64,000 bases of DNA from Lytechinus pictus (GCF_037042905.1 NC_087246.1:6262001-6326000); one strand, 5' to 3'. Numbered from the stretch's first letter, positions 1-13,438 are shown. A program made the numbers and translations. The notes: generated by a model from the letters alone, not told the origin.

Positions 1-29
1 AGATGAAAGGGACACAGTACACCTTCGTG

Positions 30-143
30 AGGGCATGGAGGGGGCATTTTGTTTGCGTAAAAAGGGCACTTTTCAGTGCTTCCAATAGTGTTGGAGAGGG
101 GGGGGGGCACTGTGCCACCCGGCTCCCCGGATCGCCGCCCCCG
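30..143. mobile_element. Right-end relic of a GC-rich hAT-like MITE
   Basis: Ends in GGATCGCCGCCCCCG after AAAAGGGCACTTTT and a G-run/GGCAC motif, resembling CAGGGGCGGCGATCC-type termini. Left end not seen. Confidence 0.45.
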
Positions 144-1679
144 GGGGGGGGGGTAGTATAAAAAAATACGCATATTTTGGTCTGCATGACCTGCATGCAT
201 GTATAATATCAAAGCGTATATTGCAAGATACCCCTCCGAGGTTTACGTAAAAATCTTTGTCGTGTAATATTGTGCCGTATTGCACGGTATGATAATGAAT
301 AATGATCATTGAAAATAAGTTATATTGGCTTTTTTCAGGGGATACGATAAATAATTTTTACCTAAGGGCCAATATAACTCTAATATAATTCTCATTCTTA
401 GTTGTCTAATATCATGAATGTAAAATAGGTATATGTGTGAATATAGCATACCCAATACCAATACTTTTAATTTTTTATAAAAAGTACTTCGAAAATCTTG
501 TTTTAAGAGTATTATATATTGATAAATTATAATATATATTAATGATACAAGTGATTAAGGTTGAATTTTTTCAATTATACTTAAAATGTCTCTTCTTTTA
601 CATCGCTATGGAAAGACGATAATAAAGCAATAGAATATTTCGATAGAGACTTTTGCGTTTAGAGTTAATACAAACACTTGACTACATGGTCTATGTCAGT
701 ACTTCATCAGTTTCCTAGCAGTCATTGTTAGTATGGATACATTGGAAAATAATTTAACGTCAGATGTTAAGATAGTATAAGATTTTTGTACATAAAAAAA
801 ATACTAATTGTTACGTCACGAATTTGTTTTTCCGCGGGTCATATCTGTTCCGCGCATTTATTATGCACAACGAGCATCTCAAACACCATCACTTTCTCCC
901 TCCAACGGTAACTTTCGATCAATTTCATATTTGATGACGTCACAAATCTGACTGTAATATAGAAGTCCCATTTGGTATTCATGCACGTGAAGACAGAGTG
1001 CAATCAAAGCTCAATTTGCTTTCATTTATGAAAACGGCGCCCGAAAATTGGCCTACCGGAAAACGGTATAAAAACATCTTCTATTTCCTCCAGTTTGCAG
1101 ATACTTTGTTTTTACCCTCTTTTTCTATTCAACTCATTCCATTTTTTCTTCTCCATATCCCCTTTGAATTTCAATCAATCTTCCCGTTCTGATTGTTTTC
1201 TGAATTCGGAAAGCAAATCGGAAAGATAAATTGGTCGCATTCAGATATCACAGTGCTTCTCTTTTTTCGTGGTTTGTAGATGCATGTATCTTTTATCTTA
1301 AGCTATTCTTCAGGTGGACTGATATACTTCGCAATATACCCCCTAAATTGATCTCTAAATTGGTAAGAAGATCCACTTTGAGTGTGGATGTGCACAAGTG
1401 TTTATAGTTGTCATTGGAATTGTATATTGAGATAAATATTTTCTTTAAAAAAAGTCTATTATTATATCATATTGACAAAAAATGATACGTTTCTAATTCT
1501 CTAAAGAAAAGTCTTCTAAATGTAAAAGTTAACTCAATATTATATTTCAAATCTTATGTGCTTTTGCATATCCTTGCGTCTAATTGACTCGTTTCAGTGG
1601 AAAACACTAACAAATCTTTACATGAAACAACTGGCAGGGCTTGTATAAACATCTAGGTGGATATACATTATAGATTGAA

Positions 1680-2311
1680 CTATAGATAGATGATAGATAG
1701 ATAGATAAACAGAGATAGATAAATAGAAAGATAAATAAATATTTGATTTATTTATTTCCACATTCTAATAACAAAAGTATATACAAGTGTAATCATTTCT
1801 TTTTTAGCATAACATAACAATAAGCAAATGACATAATTAATAACAAATGCATATATACAAGATAACAATCTAATTGAAATATATTTATACCTGATAATTT
1901 TTTTTTTATTATTAAAAAAAATAGCAGAAAATATATATATATATACATATATCAACATAATACATTTTGAAATGTGGGAGACCTTCATCTTAAGCTTAGA
2001 GCTTGAAATTGATAAAGGCCTCAAACGGAAAGGGGAAGGAAAATCAGACAAACAGTGCAATAATAGATATAGATAGATGTATACATATATATATAGATAG
2101 ATAGACAGATAAATAGATATATAGATAGATAGATAAATACAATTAATAATTAGACAATTAGATGAACAGGCCTTTAGATATAGTGGTATAGATAGATAGA
2201 AAGATACATAGATATATATATAGATAGATAGATAGACAGATAAATAGGTAGATAGATAGATATATAAATACAATTAATAATTAGAAGACAATTAGATGGA
2301 CAGGCCTATAG
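1680..2311. repeat. (TAGA)n/(TA)n microsatellite region with a local ~45-bp duplication
   Basis: TAGA arrays at ~1680-1740 and ~2060-2270; AAATACAATTAATAATTAG...CAGGCCT occurs at ~2135 and ~2267. Explains ORF 1752-2273. Confidence 0.85.
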
Positions 2312-3620
2312 AGACAACTAGATAAAAGGAAATATGAACGGATTGATGAAAGGGTGAAGCACGTGGTCTATCTCTTATTCTCTCCTCATATCAATGAGTT
2401 TGCATGCTAAACCACCTGTGAGAGGAGTAAACATCATTACCGCCTTGTCTCCAAACCCCTTGTGCCCAGCTCATTTCCATAGATTCCGACATAATGCTTA
2501 TATACCACCGGGTTCGATCAGGAGGACGATACCGTCATCTTCACCCTTAATCCCTCAACATAAACCTTTTTTCTCCAACGGTTATTCTACTTTACTTCAT
2601 TCTCAATGAATGGAATTGTTTTTAGTCTCTAACATACTGTAGCAGATAATTCTTCTATATCTCCGTTTTTAGGAATACTATAGGATTAATAAAACTTTAG
2701 AAAATCAACCGATAATAATAATACTAAGGCATGATATTTAAAAATTGATTTATACAAAATTTTCATTTTTGTCATTCTTATTTCTCTGATTGTCATTTTT
2801 ATACTTTATGTTTATTCATAAGTATTATACATAGTACATAAATCTTAATATTCTCAATCTGATTTTTTTCATTATGCTAGTATCTGTAAACCTGTCAAAT
2901 TATTCGACTTCTGCATTTTCAGTTTCGCCAACATTTCATTACTCTAATATTGTGCCTCCTGATTTATAACTTCTAATTATCCTGACATGTTTGTTTTATC
3001 TTTATCCCTACATTCTCTCTCTTTCTATACTTCTTTATTAAATTTTCGTGATTATACTCTAGATGATACAACCCGATGAAGTATTAATCCCGTTCACATT
3101 TCAGAGTGTGCATCACAGATTCTACGCTTATTTCTTTAGAAGTGCTTCCTCTTATTTGTCGTATGAAAAACCGACCTACTTAAGCTGGTCACAAGGGAGT
3201 TCTTAATGGTTTCCATTTTCTCTTCGTTTTCCATTTTCTCTTTTCCTTCCGTTTTTTTTTTGTTTCTCTGTATTCATCTTTCTCACTGTCTCTTCGCTTA
3301 TGTTCGTTTCTACATTGGCAATGGTTTTAACTCCTATCTATTTCTTCTCATTCCCCTATTCTATGTCCGTCTTCGCTCATAATATCATTCATTTATATTA
3401 ACAAATCTCACCTCTTCACTTCTCTGGCTCTTCCTATATACATAATTCGCTTACTTCGTATCTTTATAATAATCATTAATTTTCATCCATCTGCAGAATG
3501 CAGAATATTACCTATTACCCGAATTGAGATAGAAAACCCGTGTTTGCATAGTCATAGAGATAATTTGCACAATCGAATTGTTTTATAATAGACAATAGTC
3601 CACAGTCAAAGTGTGTCTAA

Positions 3621-3693
3621 GCCACCATAGCTCAGTGGTTAGAGCACTGGTCTTGTAAACCAGGGGTCGTGAGTTCAAATCTCACTGGTGGCT
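3621..3693 (+). tRNA. trnT-UGU: tRNA-Thr (anticodon TGT)
   Basis: Full cloverleaf: acceptor GCCACCA/TGGTGGC, D stem GCTC/GAGC, anticodon arm CTGGT-CTTGTAA-ACCAG, T arm GTGAG-TTCAAAT-CTCAC; T-run terminator just downstream. Confidence 0.96.
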
Positions 3694-3944
3694 ACATATT
3701 TTATTTGAACAATTTCCTTTAAATCAAAGTATCTAGCTACATATTTTTGGAACTATTTCTTTTTCAAATGAAATTCCGACTCTTGTACCTTACTGATATT
3801 TTCAAAATGAATTTTGTAACATCAACCCCTTTGAATTTATATCTAAATTTGTATTTTTGGTGTGTAACTATTTCTGTACTATTAATCATTTATTTATAAC
3901 TATGGAGTAAAATTGTCTGCTTTTAATTCTAAAACACATCGTAA

Positions 3945-4017
3945 GCCACCATAGCTCAGTGGTTAGAGCACTGGTCTTGTAAACCAGGGGTCGTGAGTTC
4001 AACTCTCACTGGTGGCT
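3945..4017 (+). tRNA. trnT-UGU: tRNA-Thr (anticodon TGT), second copy
   Basis: Same as 3621-3693 except T loop TTCAACT; all stems intact; TTTT about 20 nt downstream. Confidence 0.94.
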
Positions 4018-4428
4018 AAACTTCCATGCAAATTTGTTTTACTCCTAATACATTTTATTCAACGAATTATTTTGGTCTTAATTCTGTATGAATTTGTTGG
4101 TTAATATGACTAAAAACAATACTTCCATCTGACCATGACAACTTTTCCATCACAAGGAATCCTTGATTTTGATTGGCCGTTGGGCGTTGTTGCCTTGGTA
4201 TCGACGATAATCCCAATTAATAGCAAGATTTTGATTAATAGGACCATTTACTTTGAGTATTCTATTTGATTATTCAGCCTGTACGAAATGGTGTTTCACG
4301 ATTTTTTCACCATTCATTAAGTATAACTGAAGCACAACATTTCAAAAGTAATTTGAAAATACATTATGAAAAAATACAAGGAACGGGGTACCCGAGGTCC
4401 GTGTTGATGGAGAAGTTATGAACACTAA

Positions 4429-4505
4429 GCAATCATAGCTCAGTGGTTAGAGCACTGGTCTTGTAAACCAAGGGTCGTGCATGACTTCAAATCTCACTGG
4501 TGGCT
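4429..4505 (+). pseudogene. Degenerate tRNA-Thr(TGT) pseudogene
   Basis: Acceptor 5' strand is GCAATCA (mismatched), anticodon stem ends ACCAA, and a 4-nt insertion plus a B-box change (GTGCATGACTTC) disrupt the T arm. Confidence 0.88.
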
Positions 4506-5901
4506 AAGACTATAGATAACCATTTTGTTAAGGTTGTGTTTGTTTAATTTACTGCTGAAACTGATAATTATTTTATTGATTTCAGTCTTGCACATTCGAT
4601 ATCCATTAATAGGATGAACACATGTTACTTGGTTTCTTAAATTAACACAGATGTCAACTGCACTTTGATTAAATCATGTGAGAAAAAAGTCACTGCTGTA
4701 CCAGAGTAAAAAAGAATGAAAAAGATTAATAAAACATCGTTATAAGTTTAGATAAATCTCAAGAATATTATTATTTTTTGTCAAAATTCGAGTGAATTGT
4801 CAAATATGATATATATCACAAACATGATGTTGGAAACATTAGATCCTAAATCTGATAAACGGGAAAATCTACAATTGAATATTTATATTCTTTGTTCAAA
4901 TCGGTCCCATCCTTTTTAATAACATTTCAAATAGAGTGAAAGATTACATCCAGAAGCTTTGGCCATTATTGCATCAAACTTGAATATTTATCCTTCGTGC
5001 GTGAAATACGTTTCCTTTAAAAATAACTGTTATTTTTATGATTCATGTCATAATCTGTTGTTTTTATACCACTTTTGCCAAGAGGAAGTAACGTTATTAT
5101 CTATTTATTTTTCATGATATTTTTAAAAGATATTCTATCAATGAATCAATAAAGGAAAACTGAAAATAACTTATTTTTTGGGAAAAATTGAATGTAACAA
5201 TGCCATTGTAATGATCCAAATACTGAACATTCGCCACAAACTTAAGACACAAAATATCTTGGAGCATTCATAGCCTGAGCCAGTTACTTATTAAGAACCT
5301 TGAATCTTTAGTATGAACCGCAGACATCCTGACTAGAGATTGACCGCTTGATAACTTGTCTTTTTTACGTTTTGATGTCAGTAATATACCTTTCATTCCT
5401 TTAATAAGCTCTTTAACACTATACTCTAATCAGTGATATCAAATCATTTCTGAATTCATCGTATCAAGGTCTGGTATCATATACTTGACACCATTTCAAT
5501 TCCATTCTAGATACTATATATAGTATTAAACTTCGAATTTCCGCCACTTAGTACATGAAAATGGCCTAACTCGAGAAAATTTCCGAAACGGAAACCCCAC
5601 TCCTGTAATTCCAGTTGTCATTAATGCCACTACTCATGTATTGAATGCACAATCAATGGTCATATATATGTTATTGTATCTGAACATCCTATATTATGAT
5701 TGAGTGTTTCGGGAAAGTTAAATGTCGTATTGATGGGTGAATAATGAAGGATAACTTTCTGTTCTGTCGCTACTGTAGGAGTGATCTATATATTTCCATC
5801 TTTCGTCTGATGTTAAAGTGCTTTGGAAAGGACACATAAAATACTCTTGAACACAATATAAGCAATACAAATATATACAGCAACTGCACGATTACACTTA
5901 A

Positions 5902-6488
5902 AGGTCAAGTCCACCCCAGGAAAACATTGATTTGAATAAATAGAGAAAAATCAAACTAGCATATCGCTGAAAATTTCATCAAAATCGGATGTAAAATAAG
6001 AAAGTTATGAATTTTTAAAGTTTCGCTTATTTTTCATAAAAAGTGAAATGAACACCTCAGTGACATGCAAATGAAACAGTCGATGATGTCTCTCACTCAC
6101 TATTTCGTCTTTTTTTATTGTTTGAATTATACAATATTTAATTTTTTTACAGATTTGACAATAAGTACCAACTTTACTGAACCACATAATATTAAACAAT
6201 GCTAATTTCACATGTTCAGGGAGGAAATAATCGTCGTTTCACTTAACAATGAGGAGAAAATTTGAATATTTCATACAATAAAATACATAAGAAATAGTGA
6301 GTGGATGACGTCATCAGTCTCCTCATTTGCATACCGACCAGGATGTGCATAGAACTGTTTTGTGAAATTAAACGAAACTTTAAAACTTTCTTATTTTACA
6401 TCCGATTTTGATGAAATTTTCAGTGTTATGGTTGTTTGATTTTTATCTTTTTATTCAAATCAACATTTTGTTCGGGTGGACTTGTCCT
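5902..6488 (+). mobile_element. Kolobok-type non-autonomous DNA transposon (family D, copy 1)
   Basis: TTAA on both sides (5898-5901, 6489-6492); termini AGGTCAAGTCCACCC / GGGTGGACTTGTCCT; long imperfect TIRs; two more copies in the window. Confidence 0.88.
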
Positions 6489-6759
6489 TTAAGAGAGTCC
6501 ATGTAATTTGTGTGTGTAGTCAGAGATAACAATTATATTTTTATATATTTCTTTTCAATAATTGTGTATGCAAAATCTTAAACATGTGACGTAGAAATTA
6601 TTACACGATTTGCTTGTGTGTGTTATTTAAAATGATATTTTATAACTGACATTCAGTGAATGTAAAAAATAAAATGAATAAATTTGAGATGATTATACCG
6701 TAGCGAAAAAACAACCAACGAAGGCATTGCATCTTTCTTCAATCAGGTAATTGGTTACT

Positions 6760-7030
6760 TAATTTGTTTATTTATTTAGTATTTTTATTTTTTATTTATT
6801 TATTCATTCATTTATTTATTTATCTATTTATTTATGCATTTCTTCATTTAATCATTTATTCGATCTTGCATTTTCTTATTGATTTTATGATTTATCTGTT
6901 TTATCAATTAGTAATCATTTATTATTATCATCAATATATTTTTTCAAGCATACCTTTATTCAGAAATTTACCCCTTTATTATCCTATAGTGCATTTTGTT
7001 TATCTATCTATTCCCCATTGTTGATTTATC
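6760..7030. repeat. Degenerate (TTTA)n low-complexity tract
   Basis: Runs of TTTA/TTCA; source of the spurious ORF 6764-7024. Confidence 0.75.
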
Positions 7031-7333
7031 TACCGATTTGCTTTGGTTAATGAACCTTTATTCATTAATGACATTCAATGGAATTGATAGTGACTATTTC
7101 TTATACTGATTTACTTGATTGAATATCTGGACCTATTCATTGTTCATTTTGTCTCTTACAGTGCGCTTTAGCCAAAGAATCCGTTCTACTCTGACTCCAT
7201 TATATATTCCCGCAGAAAGGTGATGGAATATCATTACGAATGGATTGAACCCGCAGAAGTACACAAAGGAAATGGATTGTTTACAAAGTAAAGGTCAAGT
7301 CTGCTTGAACAAAGACTATCGATGAATACGTAA

Positions 7334-8047
7334 AGCCCCTTTCACAATTGACGTACGACCATTTGCGACCTTTTGGTCGTGCGACAGGCTGCAACAGGCA
7401 TCAATCGCTAGTCATCTCATAAGATCGCACAGAGGCTTTCACAGTTGCAACAGCTGTCGTACAACAAAAACAACCAGTAAACCCCGTTGCACGAGTAAGT
7501 CGCATATGCTCTTATTGTGCTCGTGCGATCACATGCGAGTGTTGCACGAGGGATTGCGAGTGGAACGGTCGCATACATGCGAATGAAATGGTAGTGCAAT
7601 GTTGTAAGCCGTTGCGATCGGTCTTGCAACAGTCTTATAGCCCATATTATTATCGCAACCAGTCGCAAGACAGGTCTCTGTACATGTAGGTCGCTTGCAC
7701 ATGTGCAAGTGTTGCACGACCTCCAGTCAAGTAAATGCGACTACTTAGTTGTGCCACCTCTCGCACCAAGTCGTACAACGTTGAACAACACTCGCACGAT
7801 GATCGCCCGACCGATGGTACGACCCCGGGTACGGCCTGATGCGAGTGAATCGATCGTATTTGATCGCATTCGGATTTTGAACATGTTCAAAGTTCAGATG
7901 TGACCAGCCACGACCACCTCGAGTTCGTGCGACCGTCTACAACGACTGCGAGTGCTCGCAAGACACCAAGAGATCGATCGTGCAACAACAAGAAAAAACT
8001 GTTGCAGGCGGTCGTAAACTGGTCGGACGTCAATTGTGAAAGGGGCT
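7334..8047 (+). mobile_element. PIF/Harbinger-type MITE (family A, copy A1)
   Basis: TIR AGCCCCTTTCACAATTGACGT / ACGTCAATTGTGAAAGGGGCT; TAA at left; CpG-rich interior with repeated TCGCA/TGCGA motifs. Confidence 0.88.
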
Positions 8048-8520
8048 GAACGGTCGCATACATGCGAATGCAACGGTAGTGGAATGTAGTAAGCCGTAAT
8101 TTCGATCGGTCTTGCAACAGTCTCATATTATCGCACCCAGTCGCAAGACTGGTCTCTGTAGGTCTCCAGCACATGTGCAAGTGTTGTACGACCTCCAGTC
8201 GACTAAATGCGACTATACTTAGTTGTGCCACCTCTCGCACCAAGTCGTACAACGTTGAACAACACTCACACGATGATCGCCCGACCGATGGTACGACCTG
8301 TTGCGAGTGAATCAATCGTATTTGATCGCGTTTGGATTTTGAACATGTTCAAAGTTCAGATGCGACCAGTCACGATCACCTCCGACCACCTCGAGTTTGT
8401 GCGATCGTCTACAACGACTGCGAGTGCTCGCAATACACCAAGGGATCGATCGTGCAACAACAAGAAAAAAACTGTTGCAGGTGGTCGTAAACAGGTCGTA
8501 CGTCAATTGTGAAAGGGGCT
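8048..8520 (+). mobile_element. 5'-truncated, more diverged family A copy (A2) fused directly to A1
   Basis: Starts GAACGGTCGCATACATGCGAATG (matches A1 at ~7563), ends with the right TIR at 8520 followed by TAA. Confidence 0.87.
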
Positions 8521-8523
8521 TAA

Positions 8524-9612
8524 AGGCCACCAGACTGGTCCACGATCCAATTCTGGAACAAATCGCATTTTGCTAATTTTCTGAAAATGTGACTGAAAAA
8601 GTATTGTTTCTTTTTAATTTGAGGCTCAACTTAACTGACAGAATACTAATACAATAATTTTTGATAATTGCAAGCCTTTATTTTTGGAGTAAAGGCCAAA
8701 GTAGTTTTAAATCGTATCCAATCGCACGATTGCTATGACGTCATTACAGCTAGACATTAAATTCGCTTTTATTCTAATTAGGATGATAGCATAGTCACAG
8801 ATTTGAACACAGGTATTCGTACGATAAATTAGAACATTACACAGTTAAGCCCCTTTCACAATTGACGTCCGACCAGTTTACGACTGCCTGCAACAGTTTT
8901 TTCTTGTTGTTGCACGATCGATCTCTTGGTGTCTTGCGAGCACTCGCAGTCGTTGTAGACGGTCGCACGAACTCGAGGTGGTCGTGACTGGTCACATCTG
9001 AACTTTGAACATGTTCAAAATCCGAACGCGATCAAATACGATCGATTCACTCGCATCAGACCGTACCCGGGGTCGTACCATCGGTCGGGCGATCATCGTG
9101 CGAGTGTCTTTCAACGTTGTACGACTTGGTGCGAGAGGTGGCACAACTAAGTAGTCGCATTTACTTGACTGGAGGTCGTGCAACACTTGCACATGTGCAA
9201 GCGACCTACATGTACAGAGACCTGTCTTGCGACTGGTTGCGATAATAATATGGGCCATAAGACTGTTGCAAGACCGATCGCAACGGCTTACAACATTGCA
9301 CTACCGTTTCATTCGCATGTATGCGACCGTTCCACTCGCAATCCCTCGTGCAACACTCGCATGTGATCGCACGAGCACAATAAGAGTATATGCGACTTAC
9401 TCGTGCATCGGGGTTTACTGGTTGTTTTGTTGTACGACAGCTGTTGCAACTGTGAAAGCCTCTGTGCGATCTTATGAGATGACTAGCGATTGATGCCTGT
9501 TGCAGCCTGTCGCACGACCAAAAGGTCGCAAATGGTCGTACGTCAATTGTGAAAGGGGCTTAAGATATTCCAAAATATGGTCGCAGACCAATCGTAAGGT
9601 GTTTGGTGGCCT
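8524..9612 (+). mobile_element. PIF/Harbinger-type MITE (family B) interrupted by copy A3
   Basis: Termini AGGCCACC / GGTGGCCT; 8524-8847 and 9561-9612 are colinear with the uninterrupted copy at 62351-62764. Confidence 0.87.
8848..9560 (-). mobile_element. Family A MITE, full-length inverted copy (A3)
   Basis: Reverse complement of 7334-8047 with only scattered substitutions; flanks TTA / TAA. Confidence 0.9.
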
Positions 9613-12200
9613 AAAGAAGACCATTATGACATTTTGGGCAGTGAAATAAAACGGCAACTTTTGTGATAATGCAATGGCCAGTGGATAAGCTACTGAAAAG
9701 CTCGTTATTTCACAGGCAGCATATTATATAATCCCAAAGGGCAATATCAAGCTTATAACTGGCGTACAGACGAGGGGACTTGGGGGCACTAGCCCGCACA
9801 AGTTCCGTGACCCCCCCCCCCAAAAAAAAAAAAAAAAAAAAAAAAAATGAAGAAAAAGAAAGAAAAGGGGTTTAAGTATGATATTACTTTTTTGTTAATG
9901 TTCCCAGCTACGACACGTTGTTCCCTAAACATAGTCCGCTTATACATGTTATACGTCGCTGAAGTTTATGCTGTATATACGAGCGATACAGTGGCTAGAT
10001 GGTGAGTGGGTAGGAGGGAACCGGTATTTATAGGAGGGAGAGGGGGCAATTATATTATTTCGAATTTATTCAGACGATCACATTATAACGGTTTAGTATT
10101 TATTTCCACTTTAAGTGTAGCATTGCGGGTAAAATAAAAGGACCTTTCTGTGGGAAATTATATTGGATTAGGATAAAAGCATCTGATTTTTTCCTTTATA
10201 ATTATTCACAATGTGAACAATCAAATCATTTGCCCATAAATGATTTATTGCATGAACGTTTTTCTGTCAAAGTGAAATTAAACACGTGAAAGCCAAAATC
10301 AATTAAAAAATAAGATTGAGAATCGATTTTCACACAGCATCAAATAGGCAAGAGCGACAAAACGTAATTTGTGCTGTAATTGTCATCGTTCAGAAATCAA
10401 TTAAAAAGGTTAATAAAATCTTTTTAATTTAATCTCCAAATCTCAACTTTAAATAATGTTTGAATGATTATCTTTGGCATGTATAGTTATTCCGAGATTG
10501 AGAGGGGCACGAGCATTTCCTCCATCATACCCCTCACCCGTCATGACTGCGATGAATTTGAGAAGAACAAACTAAATCGAGGAGGTTGATAATATTATAG
10601 TGATAGATTTACAAAAAAATTGAACCCATTCACAAAGTCGATATTAAATAAATTGAAGGTCAGGAATCTGGAGCACGTGAGGAAATAGAGGACATGGATG
10701 ATGCATTGATTGTATCAAAATATACTATTTAGCTCTATGTTCAGTTTGTCTAAATTGACAGTTTTAATTATGGGGGTTCTTTTGACAGTTCTGTCAACTT
10801 ATGTGTATTAACGACCAATATTACGTGCCGCTGTTGTGTTCGAAGAGTGAATTTGCTCTTCAAATAAGACCTGATAAAGCTGTAGTTTGACTTAAAGCAA
10901 AGATGGAATTGTGAGTAGAATACTTAAAATATCTAGAATTTTCCTTTTTTATCTAGTTTTAAGTAAGAAGGATTCAGAAGAAAAAACTTTCAATCAATGT
11001 TTTTGTTTGATATTACTTTTAATATGAATGAATAAATTCAATACATATCAATGCATACATACACAAATACATGCATTTATACAGGCTTTTGCTATTAGGG
11101 TATACGCCTTCTTCTATAAACCTAACATCTATTTTATATTCTTCATGACCATGATGACAAACTAATTTTTATATGAATTTATGTTCACGAAAAATGTAGA
11201 AATTTGTGAATTGGGCGAAAACAAATGTTTATTTGAATTGAATATAATTTTGAGCAACTTAATGATGTGTTCGATGTAAGCCTAGTTGTTATGTGTACAG
11301 TATGTTTTTCAACCATAATTGTTTATAAAAATTGATATGTACATACAAACACACATAAATTATATTTATATATATATATATTTGTATGTATGTTAACACA
11401 TCATACCCAAACAAAACTCAAAATAAAAAATAGGGATGGGTATTAGGGAATGCACAGTAGTTAATAACTCTAATCACAGAACGTCAGAAATAGAAACGAT
11501 TACGCTGTGCATTTACCCATGATAAAGATACTCTTTTGCCAAGCAGGGGGCAGGATTGGAGAATAATTCATCATCATTTAGCCCCAATTAAGGTACTAAT
11601 CACCGACACCGTTAAGCGCCCGTTATGCAGTTAGCATTGATTGTCCTATTAAAGTAAGTCTATCGTCTATTTTGATAGATGGGTTTCTGTGTTACGAGCT
11701 GAATTCAAATGCATTACGTTTCTTTGTGCGTTTCTATTATATATTTGAAACTGAAATGACGATTAATAGTTCGTGAAATTGGTATATTACCTTCCTGAAT
11801 GCAAAATAAACGATCTTGAAATTCAGGGTATTTACCACATCTGATCTGTAACGTAATCATCAAATTAATATAACTATTTATTGATGTCAGGAACGTTATA
11901 ATTTACCTTTAAAGTACAATGACGAATAATATATCACCATATAATTTACCCAAAGACGAATGCGATGTTAACTCGTACCATGTAGCCTATACAGCCCTCA
12001 AGAATTAGGAGAATACTGCTACATTAGTCCATACATCATTATATTTCTTTTTAATGATTTAGGTCAAGATGCACAAGAAAACAATGTATATTCGTGAAAA
12101 TAATATAAACGATTAACCTTCAGAGGAAGGGAAAAATACCTGCAAATTCAATAAGTTGTCTATTCTTTATAAGAATATGTATGTGTGGTATATGCGTAAG

Positions 12201-12556
12201 GGTTTATTTCCAATTCTTCTAATGCCAATTCATCCAATTGCCAACTGGTCTACTATCATTTTGTCTACCATCAGTTCGTCCACTATCCAAATGGTCTAAT
12301 TGCCGATTCGTCCACTCATCATTTCGTATAATAACCAGTTGGTCCAATTGCCATGTAGTCCAAAATGAATGAAAATGTCATTAGACCAAACAGTCATAGA
12401 TGAAATGGTGATAGACGAAGCGATGATTGTACCAAATGGTTATTGGACCAAATGGTTGTTAGACGAAATGTTGATGGACAGAATGGCATTAGACGAAATG
12501 AAATGAGACCATGTGGCGGGTGGACGAGTTGGCAGTAGACGAATTGGCAATTTACC
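12201..12556. mobile_element. Foldback-like palindromic MITE built from ~15-bp subrepeats
   Basis: Termini GGTTTATTTCCAATTC / GAATTGGCAATTTACC; left arm repeats (TC/TG)GTC(T/C)A..CCA, right arm repeats TGG..T(A/G)GAC(G/C)AA. Confidence 0.75.
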
Positions 12557-12933
12557 TACCTGAGTCATTATCTCTAGAGAGAATGCCATACAACTCGAGT
12601 GCTAAAGGATTTCTTTCTCTGCAATTTCATTGCATTTCTCCGAATACTCTTTATGAGATGCGATTTGGAGTTAAATTGTCTAAATTCGTCAGTCATGAAG
12701 GTAAAAATATGGGGTAACCGAGAATCCATATATAGATCTATTTATGAGAAAATTGCACTGAGTACAAGGAAACACTCTAATAAACATGGAGAACATGCTC
12801 ATTCATGACATCAAAAGTCAGTCCAAGAGACGTGTACAGACTTAAACCGACTATTTTTTTCTGACAGTTACAATGATTAACTAGAACGTTGTGTTTATGC
12901 TTCTATTATATTTTTATCGATTATCAATATTAA

Positions 12934-13438
12934 AAGTTAAGGCCACCCCAGAAAAAATGTTGATTTGAATCTATAAATATCAAACAAGCATAACGCTAAA
13001 AATTTTCATCAAAATCGGATGTAAAATAAGAAAATCATGACATTCGAAAGTTTTGCTTATTTTTCAGAAAACAGTTATAAATTATACGCATCTCAGTGAC
13101 ATGCAAAATAATGAGATATTCCATAATGTCCCTCACTATATTTTTGCAATATTTCAATGTTTACAGAGTTGACACTAGGGAAAAACTTGACAGAACCATA
13201 AAATTTTAAATCAATGGTAAAATCACATGTTTGGGGAAGAATAAAACTTTGTTTCACAGGACAATGAAGAAAAAATTAGAATATTGCATATTTTATATAA
13301 TGAAATGCAAAAGAAATAGTGAGTGGGTGACGTCATCAGTCGTCTCATTTGCATACCGACCCGGATTTTCATATAGTGTGCTTTTTGGATTTTCCTCTGT
13401 TTAGTCAGATCAACATGTTGTTTTGGTGGACTTGTCCT
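12934..13438 (+). mobile_element. Kolobok-type MITE family D, copy 2 (internally deleted)
   Basis: TTAA at 12930-12933; alignable along its length to 5902-6488; ends GGTGGACTTGTCCT. Confidence 0.85.

Noticed and set aside
7161-7293. Plus-strand exon-shaped segment after a good acceptor
   Set aside because: Stops in all three frames and no convincing donor.
7417-9657. Repeated ORFs with near-identical translations on both strands
   Set aside because: They lie inside GC-rich family A MITE copies; no transposase or other domain motifs.
10870-10905. CTGATAAAGCT...AGCAAAG as another decayed hammerhead
   Set aside because: Both core boxes are mutated and no stem I or III; indistinguishable from chance.
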